A stretch of DNA of 64,000 nucleotides, taken from NCBI GenBank assembly GCA_963835065.1, contig CAWIEK010000057.1:64001-128000 (forward strand). The letters run 5' to 3'. The notes under the pieces were generated by a model. That model saw only the letters and a program-made list of their open reading frames with translations. It made no database searches and was not told where the DNA came from. The stretch comes from an uncultured Chthonomonadaceae bacterium (lineage in GTDB: Bacteria > Armatimonadota > Chthonomonadetes > Chthonomonadales > Chthonomonadaceae). Within the stretch, counting starts at the first letter, position 1. Every line of letters starts with the position of its first letter. Below are positions 50,910 to 60,254 of this stretch, in pieces. The position numbers and the translations under genes were made by a program.

Positions 50910-52082
50910 ATGCGACAGAGCAGGCATTATTACATCATGGCGGCGGCAGCGATAATGGCCTTTTTAACAGGCTGTTCCGGCTTGCTGCGCCCTTCGGGCA
51001 CAGGTAACAGCGGCACAGATACCGGCGGCGATCAGTACGCGGCAACGCCAGCGCTTGCTGTCCATTCGGCGACTCCGCGCACTGCCGCGCCGCGCCGAAC
51101 GATTGGCGCGGGCGCGGAAAAATTGATGCCCCGGCAGCCGATACCAAAGCGCGTCCTTGCCCTGTATTATCCCTGGTATCAAACGCCGGACCGCAGCATG
51201 AAGTGGGCGCACCAGGAGGGCGTTGACGTTCGCCATAAGCGTATTCTCAGCCACGCGCATTATCCCACCTCAGGCCCGTATGACAGCAGCGATCCCGCCC
51301 TCATTGACCGGCATCTCGCGCAGGCGCAGGCGGCGGGAATTGATACGCTGGTATGCAGTTGGTGGGGCGCGGGCGATCCGACAGACGAGGCCATACGGGT
51401 TTTACTCAAGCGCGCTTCCAAATACCACATCAAAATTTGCGTTTTGTGGGAACAATATGCGGGCGCGGGCGGGGCGGACGAACTGCGGCGCAATTTAACC
51501 TATCTGCTGCAAGGCATGGCCCGTTCGTCGGCTTATCTTAAAGCAGACAATCGGCCCGTGATTTTCGTGTACGAGCGTGTGCGGCAAAGCGCCAATTACG
51601 ATACGTGGATAGAGGTTCTGAATGAGATTACGACCCGGTATCCACCGGGCGTCTTCATCGTGGGCGATGGACGGACGGCAGACGAGCGCCTGATGTGGGA
51701 CGGCCAGTACAGCCTTCACGCGCCCGGTCGCATGGTGGGACAAACGCCCGAAGCCAACGCCAAAACGCAGCATCGGGAACGGCTTGCCGACCTGACGGAA
51801 TCGCGCCGCCAAAACCATCTTGGCGTTGCCAGCCTGATGCCCGGCTACGACGACCGACGGTACAACGCGCTGCACCGTCAGCCGGGCAGCATCCTCGTCA
51901 ACCGCGAAGACGGCCAATTGTACGCCGCGCTGTGGAAACAGGCCATAGCCGACAAGCCGGACTGGATTTTAATCAACTCGTTCAATCAGTGGCATGCCGG
52001 CAACGAAATCGAACCCTCAGTAGAAATGGGCGACCGGTATTTGAAAATGACGCGCGCGTTCGCCGACAAATTTAAGCAATAG
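50910..52082 (+). CDS. GH99-like lipoprotein, probably catalytically inactive
   Basis: LTGC lipobox, YYPWY, GPYDSSD, CSWWG, PGYDDR and SFNQWHAGNEIEP. Confidence 0.8.
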   Translation: MRQSRHYYIMAAAAIMAFLTGCSGLLRPSGTGNSGTDTGGDQYAATPALAVHSATPRTAAPRRTIGAGAEKLMPRQPIPKRVLALYYPWYQTPDRSMKWAHQEGVDVRHKRILSHAHYPTSGPYDSSDPALIDRHLAQAQAAGIDTLVCSWWGAGDPTDEAIRVLLKRASKYHIKICVLWEQYAGAGGADELRRNLTYLLQGMARSSAYLKADNRPVIFVYERVRQSANYDTWIEVLNEITTRYPPGVFIVGDGRTADERLMWDGQYSLHAPGRMVGQTPEANAKTQHRERLADLTESRRQNHLGVASLMPGYDDRRYNALHRQPGSILVNREDGQLYAALWKQAIADKPDWILINSFNQWHAGNEIEPSVEMGDRYLKMTRAFADKFKQ

Positions 52083-52090
52083 GCCACGAA

Positions 52091-52693
52091 CTACTTTTTC
52101 GGGATCGCGGTTTTCAGGGTCGGCGTGACATCCTTGCCGTCCACGCGCAGGGTTGCGCCCGGCATATCCTCGTTTTTTTGGACCAGCCATTTGCCGCCGG
52201 TTTTCACCCACGTATGGCGCGAAGGCACAGACGCTTCGATGTGATGCGACTGGCCTTTGGAACCGGGTTTGTCTCCCGGCCCGACCGCCGTGAAATCCAG
52301 TTTTTCCATATCTTCCGTGACGGCTTTGTCGCCCATCACCTTACAATTCATAATGCTGGCGGATACAGTGTTCATCGAAGCAATCACGCTGAAATTTTGC
52401 TTCAAGAGCGCTGTGTACTCGGCGCGGTTATGTATTTTGCCGGAAATCTCCTGCGTCGTGTAATCCGGCGTAAAGTTGCGCAGCACCCCCTCGGCATCTT
52501 TCTTCTTGAGCGCCGCGCTGATCGTGTCTATTTGCGCTTGAAGCTGCTTTCTTACGTCGGCTTCACTGGCGTGGGCAACGGAGGAAGCGGCAAGCAGCGT
52601 TCCCACAGGAACCACAACCCCCATCAAGGCGGCAAACGCGCGATTGTATCGAACCCGGCGCATAAATCTATCTCCTTCAGCAGCAGTGACCAT
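52091..52693 (-). CDS. Secreted NTF2-like (DUF4440) protein
   Basis: Signal peptide AHA-SE, ALKKKDAE...FTPDY and HTWVKTGGKWL. Confidence 0.75.
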   Translation of the reverse strand: MVTAAEGDRFMRRVRYNRAFAALMGVVVPVGTLLAASSVAHASEADVRKQLQAQIDTISAALKKKDAEGVLRNFTPDYTTQEISGKIHNRAEYTALLKQNFSVIASMNTVSASIMNCKVMGDKAVTEDMEKLDFTAVGPGDKPGSKGQSHHIEASVPSRHTWVKTGGKWLVQKNEDMPGATLRVDGKDVTPTLKTAIPKK

Positions 52694-52730
52694 TTTAGAT
52701 TTTATTGTACCCCGTTGCCTGCGTAAGAAC

Positions 52731-52815
52731 AGGCATCAGGCATTAGATACGAGACAGAAAGCAGAAGAGACTTGTACTTGGTTCCTAATGCCTGATGCCT
52801 GGATGCCTGATGCCT
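52731..52815. repeat. Degenerate inverted heptamer mini-element (AGGCATY)n - ~37 bp - (RATGCCT)n
   Basis: Arms at 52731-52746 and 52784-52815. Confidence 0.75.
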
Positions 52816-53098
52816 ACTTATGTCCCGTGCGCGGCAGGCGTTTTTCCACTGAAGCGCCGGGACGCGAGTTGGAATTGGCGCGATTATTGAAGTGGTTCTG
52901 CGCGGAATTAACTCCTGTCGGCCCACCTTTTTTGCCTTTGGCCTGTGCCCGCCGCTGTTCTCGGTTCAGGGGAGGCGTGGAAACGGGCGGGGCGTTTTGA
53001 CTGTCGGAAGCAGCGGGCTGCGTTTGTTGTTCGGATGTTTCGGTTTGTTCTGCGGAGTCGGCTGCGTTTTGCGCGGACTGTGAATCTTCGGCTGCCAT
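52814..53098 (-). CDS. Small disordered hypothetical protein
   Basis: AAGGAGG SD. Acidic N-half and basic C-half with LNREQRR. Confidence 0.65.
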   Translation of the reverse strand: MAAEDSQSAQNAADSAEQTETSEQQTQPAASDSQNAPPVSTPPLNREQRRAQAKGKKGGPTGVNSAQNHFNNRANSNSRPGASVEKRLPRTGHK

Positions 53099-53462
53099 AA
53101 AAGTTCCTCCTTGCGCGCGAGGAATGTTGCGCGGCTACTTGCATTATAGCGCAAAATCCTCACTTTGCTCAATTCAAGGAAGCATGACTGGTAATTTGTC
53201 GGCTCTGGCGCTGTGAAGAAATTTGACCGGCGAAGCGTATGTGATTGCGCATGGAAGTTGTACCCAACCTCTGACAAGTATGCTTGTTTTCGCATAATGC
53301 CGGGCGTTTGCTCCAAATCGCGTGTTATACTGTTTCTCGGTACGCAAATTGTACGCTCGGCAGAATTGCGAGGCGCTTCTGCTGCGGAAATGGCGCTGCC
53401 CGAATCACTTTTCTGCACTTACGCAGCTTCTCTCGGGGAAGACAATCAAAAGGACTTTGCAG

Positions 53463-54584
53463 TTGAAAAGGCTATTGGAATTGAATAGGAAGACGAAACT
53501 GTTTCCCGCCGCGCTGCTGGCGCTTGTCGGCGGGTCCGCGTCCGCGCAAACTTCGCTTGGCACAGCCGATGCGTTCAACGTGTTTACTTTTGGGAACGCT
53601 ACCGTGAACGCGGGCGAAGCCGAAGGCGGCATCGCAGTCGGCGGCACGTTCAACCTCACCGGTTACAATACCAACATCGGACACGGCGGCGCTAAAGTCG
53701 GCGGGTCTATCAGCGGCCTGAAAAAGACGGATAACTCGCTCGGTACGCAAAGCAACATCGCTATTTACGTGGGCAACAACCTTGTCGTTTCCAACTCGCC
53801 CAGCGCCAACAATGGCGGCGACGTGTACGTGTTCAATACAATCACGCCCCCAGACAACGTCAACCAGCACCCCATCAACCTTAACGGCGGCGGGCATATC
53901 TATACCGGCAGTCCCGCCGTCTACCCGACTGGCTACAATTACGCCGTTGACACCAACGTCTTCACCAATCAACAGACGTTTTCGCTGAACCAGGCAGCCA
54001 CGCTTAAAACAGAATCGGCGGCGGGGCACGGCACGATCTTCATGCAGGATCAGAACAACTGGTATATTGATACGGCCACGCAGACAGGGCTGACGACAAG
54101 CACGGGCAAGCTGAAGTTTTTTGAGGTCAGCGCGGCGGCGCTGGCAACGGCTAACGGAACCAACATCCACGTGCAAAACCTGAGCGCCAACGATACGCTT
54201 GTCATCAATGTGACCGGCGCAACCCTTTCCAAAACGTTCTTTTCGCTGGTCAATGACAGCGCCAACAGCAATTATGCCAACATCCTGTGGAACTTCGCGG
54301 ATGCGACGGAAATTGACATCAACAACCGCGCTTTCGAGGGTTCCCTGCTCGCGCCCAATGCGTTTGTGGATCAGAACCAGCTTTTTGAAGGCAACCTCAT
54401 TGCCAATACGCTGACGGGACACGGCTTCGAGGATCATTTCGGCGCGGGGCTGCAATTCACCGGCAACCTGACTGTTCTGGGCAATCCCAATACTCCCAAT
54501 GTGCCGGAACCCGGCGCGCTGGCGCTCCTGACAGGCATGGGATTGTCGGGCGCAGGCGTTCTTTTCCGGCGCAGGCGCCGGTAA
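53463..54584 (+). CDS. Choice-of-anchor A domain PEP-CTERM protein
   Basis: FNVFTFG, EGGIAVGG, LVINVTG, ILWNF, GSLLAPNA and VPEPGALALL...RRRR. Start approximate. Confidence 0.9.
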   Translation: MKRLLELNRKTKLFPAALLALVGGSASAQTSLGTADAFNVFTFGNATVNAGEAEGGIAVGGTFNLTGYNTNIGHGGAKVGGSISGLKKTDNSLGTQSNIAIYVGNNLVVSNSPSANNGGDVYVFNTITPPDNVNQHPINLNGGGHIYTGSPAVYPTGYNYAVDTNVFTNQQTFSLNQAATLKTESAAGHGTIFMQDQNNWYIDTATQTGLTTSTGKLKFFEVSAAALATANGTNIHVQNLSANDTLVINVTGATLSKTFFSLVNDSANSNYANILWNFADATEIDINNRAFEGSLLAPNAFVDQNQLFEGNLIANTLTGHGFEDHFGAGLQFTGNLTVLGNPNTPNVPEPGALALLTGMGLSGAGVLFRRRRR

Positions 54585-54604
54585 TCCCTGCCTCGTGGCA
54601 AACA

Positions 54605-54674
54605 CGAGAAAAGCCTTCCGGGTTCCTTTCGACTTCCTCATTCCTGTCGAAAGGAACCCGGAAGGCTTTTCTCG
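54605..54674. repeat. Perfect 29-bp inverted repeat, 12-nt loop
   Basis: CGAGAAAAGCCTTCCGGGTTCCTTTCGAC and its exact reverse complement. Confidence 0.9.
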
Positions 54675-54801
54675 CATGTCACATTGGCGGCGAGCGCGGG
54701 TTGCGGCAGGAAAATGCGTTGCGAGAAGGGAAGTAGCCGCAGATGGACGGGAACGCCAACAGGCTTAACATAGAATTATTTCACGGAAAGTAGGGCGGTG
54801 T

Positions 54802-57597
54802 ATGCTCGGAGAACGCTGGCGTATTACACTGTGCGGCGGACTGACGGCCCGGCAGGGATCCCACGTTATTACCCGTTTTCGGACACAGAAGACGGGATTG
54901 CTGCTGGCCTATCTTGCTCTGTATGGTGAGCGTACACACGGGCGCGAAGAGCTGGCCGAGCTTTTCTGGGAAGACAGCGACCGGCCGCTGCAAAGCCTGC
55001 GTATGGCGCTCACGTCGCTGCGTAGGCAGCTTGAACTACCGGGGGTTGGACAGGGACAGGTGCTGGCGACGGATCGCAGCTCTGTCAGGCTGGCGTCCGG
55101 GGCGGTGACGACAGATATATCCGATTTTTATGCGGCGGTGGCGGAAGCGGAGCAGGCCAACACGGCGCGGCTGAAGGCGGAACGACTTCGGACAGGAGTG
55201 GAGGCTATTGGCGGGGAACTCCTGCCAGGCGGCTATATGGATTGGATATTACAGGCGCGCGAAGTTGTCGCGGAGCAGGCGCAGACTGCGCTAAGGGAAC
55301 TGATCGCGCTGTTGATAACTCTGGGTGAAGAGGAGCAAGCGCTGGTCTATGCGCTGCGGCGGACACATCAGGATTCTCTGAACGAGGAGGCGGCTGTTAC
55401 CGTAATGCAGTTGCTTCTCCGGTTGAAGCGGCCAGCCGATGTGGCGCAGCATTTTCAGCGCCTGACTACGCTGTTGAAGGAAGAACTTGGCGCTGCGCCT
55501 TGTTCGCAAGCGCAGGAGTTGGCTGCTGTTGCTGCGGCTGAACTGAAGTCGGCGATCACGCCTGCCAATTGGAAAATGGTTCCTCCGTCGGTGTCCCCCG
55601 CGCCGACGGAGGAACGTATTCCCGTATCTCTAACTGCTTCGCCCGGCGTTTCTGGGCCGGCTGTACCCGTTGTTCGCCTGCCGCTGACGCTAACTCCCTT
55701 CTTCGGCCGGGAAGAGGAGTTGCAGCGATTGTACGCGATGCTGGAGCCGACGGCAGCGGTTGATACATACGGGATAGATTTTAGACCATCGCTTCCGGCC
55801 TGGAAGTTACGGATCGTGACACTGCTCGGAACCGGGGGGGCGGGAAAAACCCGGCTGGCGATAGAAACGGCGAGAGCCTGCGCGTCCGCAGGCAGCCGCT
55901 CTATCTATTTTGTCGGACTGGCGGACGCGGAAACGCCGGAACGGATGCTTCAGTTGGTTGCGGAAGCGGTCTGCTTGAACACTCCCATTGAAAGCCCGCC
56001 TCTGGAGGTGATTACATCCGCGTTGAGGGCTGTCCCTGCTTTGTTGGTTCTGGATAATATGGAGCAGTTGGGTGAAGCGGGAGCGGAAGTGGCGCATACG
56101 CTGCTGGAAGAACTGCCACATTTGACGCTGCTGGTTACGAGCCGGTCACGGCTTCATCTGGACGGCGAACGCGAACTGGCCTTGCTGCCTTTACAGACCC
56201 CGGAGAACGCTGATACGCCGGCGTGTCTTATGGAGTTTGCCAGTGTGCAATTGTTTGTTGATCGGGCGCAGGCGGCCTGTGCAGACTTTCAATTGACGGC
56301 GCGAAACGCGGCGAGTGTCGCGGCCTTGTGCCGTCGGCTGGAAGGGCTGCCGCTGGCGCTGGAATTAGCCGCGAGTTGGGCGCAGACGCTCTCCCCTGCA
56401 CAGATGCTGGCGCGTTTAAATCGGCGTTTCGAACTGCTGCGCGCGCGGCGAAAAGGGATGTCTCTCCGGCATCAAGCGCTGGAGACATGTATTAAGTGGA
56501 GTTTTCGGCTGCTGCGGGCAGACGTACAACCTTTTTTTTGCCGTTTATGCCTGCTGCGCGGCGAGTGGACGCTGGAGATGGCAGAGATACTGACAGCGGA
56601 TAGGCAGGCATTAGACAAATTACAGCAGTTGAGGGAAGCGTCTTTTTTGTCTGCTCGTGAGGCCCCCGATCCGGCGGGAACGATCTGGTATTTCCGTATA
56701 CTTGAGTCGCTGCGCGAGTTTGGAATGGAGCAACTGTCTTCCGAAGATATTGATGTGTGGCAGGCGCGTCTGGCGCATGCGCTTATCGAACTCCCGCACC
56801 CGAACCCTCTCTCAAGGATTGACGCCGAAAACTTGCGCGTACTCGTGCAGTGGTGTCGCGCGTCAGCGGCAGAGCCGGTTCTGGAACTGGAACTGCTCAA
56901 TGCCCTCAAGTATCTCTGGTTGTCTCGCGGCGGTTGGATCGAGGGGCGGCGCTGGCTGCAGGATGCGCTCCGCAGACATGCGGGAGAGGATACGGCCGCG
57001 TATCGCGCTGCGTGGAACATGCTGGGCAGCCTGCACTGGCTGCTGCGCGAAACGTCGGAGGCGAAGCGTTGTTTTAACGAGGCGCTAGTCGTTTCGGAGC
57101 GGGCGGGGGATGATGCGCTGGCAGCTCGCGCCTTGAACAATCTGGCGATGACGGCCACCCAGGAAGGTGATTTTGCGCTGGCGCGCGCGTTGGGGGAGCA
57201 GTCCTTGCGTTTTGCGCAGAGACTGGAAGACGAGCGGCTTGTCGCGGCGCTGTTGAACAATGTGGGCAGCGCGCACCTGTCTCTCGGACAGTACGAGACG
57301 GCGCGAAGTTATCTGGAACAGAGTTTGCAAAAAAATCGGGAACAGGGTTCGCCGGGCATGGTGGCAATGTCTCTGGTAAATCTTGGCGAGATAGCGCGCC
57401 ATCTGGGAGACAGGAACACTGCCCGGCAAATGTATGAAGAGGGGTTGGAGATGTTACGGGCCTGCGAAGATCAGGCAGGTATCGAGGAAACACTTCGTTC
57501 CCTGGCTCAGGTGCTGGAAGAGCAGGGAGAAGTCGCCCAGGCGCGTCTTCTGAGGGAGGAAAGCGCCGCGCTGAGACTTCGCATGAAGGGCGAATAG
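54802..57597 (+). CDS. AfsR/SARP-like regulator (wHTH-BTAD + STAND ATPase + TPR)
   Basis: LLAYLAL, REELAELFW, GTGGAGKTRLA, LLVLDNMEQ, LEGLPLALELAA and TPRs. Confidence 0.93.
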   Translation: MLGERWRITLCGGLTARQGSHVITRFRTQKTGLLLAYLALYGERTHGREELAELFWEDSDRPLQSLRMALTSLRRQLELPGVGQGQVLATDRSSVRLASGAVTTDISDFYAAVAEAEQANTARLKAERLRTGVEAIGGELLPGGYMDWILQAREVVAEQAQTALRELIALLITLGEEEQALVYALRRTHQDSLNEEAAVTVMQLLLRLKRPADVAQHFQRLTTLLKEELGAAPCSQAQELAAVAAAELKSAITPANWKMVPPSVSPAPTEERIPVSLTASPGVSGPAVPVVRLPLTLTPFFGREEELQRLYAMLEPTAAVDTYGIDFRPSLPAWKLRIVTLLGTGGAGKTRLAIETARACASAGSRSIYFVGLADAETPERMLQLVAEAVCLNTPIESPPLEVITSALRAVPALLVLDNMEQLGEAGAEVAHTLLEELPHLTLLVTSRSRLHLDGERELALLPLQTPENADTPACLMEFASVQLFVDRAQAACADFQLTARNAASVAALCRRLEGLPLALELAASWAQTLSPAQMLARLNRRFELLRARRKGMSLRHQALETCIKWSFRLLRADVQPFFCRLCLLRGEWTLEMAEILTADRQALDKLQQLREASFLSAREAPDPAGTIWYFRILESLREFGMEQLSSEDIDVWQARLAHALIELPHPNPLSRIDAENLRVLVQWCRASAAEPVLELELLNALKYLWLSRGGWIEGRRWLQDALRRHAGEDTAAYRAAWNMLGSLHWLLRETSEAKRCFNEALVVSERAGDDALAARALNNLAMTATQEGDFALARALGEQSLRFAQRLEDERLVAALLNNVGSAHLSLGQYETARSYLEQSLQKNREQGSPGMVAMSLVNLGEIARHLGDRNTARQMYEEGLEMLRACEDQAGIEETLRSLAQVLEEQGEVAQARLLREESAALRLRMKGE

Positions 57598-57743
57598 AAG
57601 CAGGCCGTCTTACCAGGATTTTGTGGGACGGAAATCAAGGAATATACAGGCTCGCTCCGACGAATAATCGGGGCGAGCCTGTCGTTTGGCGCAGAGTGTC
57701 CTCGGAACCCGATGGTAATTTCCAAAAGAACCGCGCAGAGCCT

Positions 57744-57780
57744 TTGTTGTGACGTTGTTGTGACACCAGGCCGCTATACT
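57744..57780 (+). promoter_or_regulatory. SARP-box-like direct repeat (TTGTTGTGAC x2, 11-bp period) upstream of a TATACT -10
   Basis: Repeats at 57744-57753 and 57755-57764. -10 at 57775-57780. Confidence 0.65.
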
Positions 57781-57916
57781 GGGCGTGTGAGTGGTTGTCC
57801 GGGAAGGCGGGCGCGCGGAGAAACCGCCGGCAGTATGTCTCTCCGCGCGCTGCGCCCCTGGTTGAAGCAACCTCTACACGATAATGAATGTCCGTTTTGA
57901 AAGGAACCCACCACTC

Positions 57917-58636
57917 ATGTTCACACGTCTCTCTGTTTCTCGCGCCGCCCTGCTGAACCGGGCCAGTCTTCTTCTCGCTGCCGCAGGCGCGCTCTGCGCC
58001 GCGCCACAGGCCCATGCTCAGGTCTACCTGGTTGGCGCCGAGCAGTTCGCTGCTGACGCGACTGGCGCAACAACCTCGCAGTTTTTCCAATCTACGACGA
58101 ACTCTGGAAGCGCAGTCACGCCGCTCGACATCACCATCAATAGCGTTACCCAAAACCAGGCTATCTCCTTTGCCCTGTCCAACGGCAGCAACGCCATCTC
58201 CTTCGCCGCGCCTGGTTCCCCTCCCTTCTCCAATTATGGAGGGACTGACGGGGATCTGGGTCTGTTCTTCTCATCCACCAACACGCCGTATGATCCCTCC
58301 TCCTCAGCGCGAACACCTGATCTGCTGGTCGCCCGCGTTACTGATGGTTCTACGGCATTTTTCATTCCCACGGCGGGAACCCAGATTAACGATTATGTCT
58401 TCAATGGCTTGACGACTTATGGCGGAGCGACCAGCTTCACGGTGGGAACCGTTCCCATTACGGTGACTCAGTACAGTGTCGCAGATGACACGACCGGGAC
58501 GCTCACGTTACAGCTTGGGGCCGTTCCTGCCTCCGTTCCCGAACCCGGCAGTGTAGCTCTGCTCACGGGGATAGGTGTCGCCGGCGCGAGCTTCCTGTCT
58601 CGCCGCCGTCGCCAGAGCGCCAGGAAAACTGTGTAA
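57917..58636 (+). CDS. PEP-CTERM sorting domain protein
   Basis: Signal peptide AHA-QV and VPEPGSVALL...RRRR. Confidence 0.9.
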   Translation: MFTRLSVSRAALLNRASLLLAAAGALCAAPQAHAQVYLVGAEQFAADATGATTSQFFQSTTNSGSAVTPLDITINSVTQNQAISFALSNGSNAISFAAPGSPPFSNYGGTDGDLGLFFSSTNTPYDPSSSARTPDLLVARVTDGSTAFFIPTAGTQINDYVFNGLTTYGGATSFTVGTVPITVTQYSVADDTTGTLTLQLGAVPASVPEPGSVALLTGIGVAGASFLSRRRRQSARKTV

Positions 58637-58871
58637 GACGGCTACAAACCTTCTCCCGCATCCCACGGCGAAGTTATCAGCCACAGAACCGCGCTCAGGC
58701 GGACTGTGGCTGATAGTGTTTCTGATGCCGACGCAAAGCCGCCCGGTACTTGCCCATACGAACGCCTTATTCCTGTTGAACGGAACCCGAAAGGCTTTTT
58801 CGCATGGCAACATTGGCCGCAAGCGCGTATGGCGGCAGGAAAATGCGTTGCGAGAAGGGAAGTAGCCGCAG

Positions 58872-60176
58872 ATGGACCTGGAACAACTACGCTTTTTAAC
58901 TTCCAACGCCGGGGAACGCGCGCTGGCGCAGGCGGCGCTGCTGCCGCCGGACCGCCTGACGCGCCTGACGCGCCTGCGCCGGGAAGTCGCGCCCCATCTT
59001 GCCGCCGGGATCGTGGAACTGCTGGAACTGCGAACGCGCGCTCGCGCCAAATTCGCCCATGCCGACCGGATGTTCTTTACGCCGGAAGGACTGGAGCAAT
59101 CTACGGGAGAAACCATCGCCGCCTATCGCGCCAGCCGCTTTCCCGCCGAGGCTGGGATTTTGGACGCCTGCTGCGGCATTGGCGGGGATGCGCTGGCGCT
59201 TTCTCACTACGCGCCCGTTCTGTCCGTAGACCGCAATCCCGTCGCCGCCGCCTGCGCCCTTGCCAATGCCCGCGTTTTTTCAGAATTGCAATTGCAAATG
59301 GAACCGGGGTTGGGGTCCATTGTGGAATCTTCGCGCAATGGCAATAGGGGCGTTCATGCGCTGTGCGCGGATGTTACCGGCCTTGACCTTGCCCGCCTGC
59401 GTGACCGGGGTATCGGCGCGGCGTTCTTCGATCCTTCCCGGCGCGTGAACACCCGCGAAGGCCGCAAGCGCGCCCGCAATTCCGAGGATTACTTGCCGCC
59501 GCTCTCCTGGCTGAATACGCTTGCCGCGCATTTCCCTTTTGTCGGCGCAAAGGTTTCCCCGGCGATTGACGACGAGACCCTGCGGCAATTCACCTCCGAC
59601 GGCGCGACGGTGGAGTTTATCGCGGAAGGGGGCGAGTGCAAGGAGGCGGTTTTGTGGCGCGGCAGCGAAGCGGAAGCATGGCGCGGCCCACAATCATCTG
59701 CACAGGGCGAACCCTACTGCGCAACGATTGTTACCAAAGGCATGACTGCCGCAACGCTGTATCGGGAAACCGAAGGAATGGCTTCAATTTCCCCTCCCCG
59801 CGCCTGGCTGTTCGAGCCGAACCCCGCCGTTATCCGGGCGCATCTCACGGGTGAAATCGCCGCCCGCCTCCACGCCGCGCTCCTTGACCCGCAAATCGCC
59901 TACCTGACCGCCGCCGACTTCACGCCCATGCTGTTCGCCACCGCCTACCGCATTTTGGACTGGATGCCGTTTCACGTCAAGAATGTACAGGCATGGCTGC
60001 GAACAAACGGGCGGCGCGTGGAAGTCGTGAAAAAGCGCGGCGTTGATCTGGAGCCAACAGAAGTACGCAAAAAACTCTCCTCGCCCGCCCTCGCCGACAA
60101 TCCGCCCGCCGTTCTCGTCCTGACGCGCGTAAAGGAGCAGACCATTGCTATTCTATGCGACTTACCTGCTGCATAA
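58872..60176 (+). CDS. Class I SAM methyltransferase with THUMP-like domain
   Basis: FFTPEGLEQST, DACCGIGGD, FDPSRR, ECKEAVLW and LFEPNPAVIRA. Confidence 0.88.
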   Translation: MDLEQLRFLTSNAGERALAQAALLPPDRLTRLTRLRREVAPHLAAGIVELLELRTRARAKFAHADRMFFTPEGLEQSTGETIAAYRASRFPAEAGILDACCGIGGDALALSHYAPVLSVDRNPVAAACALANARVFSELQLQMEPGLGSIVESSRNGNRGVHALCADVTGLDLARLRDRGIGAAFFDPSRRVNTREGRKRARNSEDYLPPLSWLNTLAAHFPFVGAKVSPAIDDETLRQFTSDGATVEFIAEGGECKEAVLWRGSEAEAWRGPQSSAQGEPYCATIVTKGMTAATLYRETEGMASISPPRAWLFEPNPAVIRAHLTGEIAARLHAALLDPQIAYLTAADFTPMLFATAYRILDWMPFHVKNVQAWLRTNGRRVEVVKKRGVDLEPTEVRKKLSSPALADNPPAVLVLTRVKEQTIAILCDLPAA

Positions 60177-60254
60177 TGCAGGAATTTGCCTGTTTCGCGT
60201 CCAATAGAGGTTTACCACTATGTAAGCCGTACTTTTAGTTTGAGGACACTTCCA

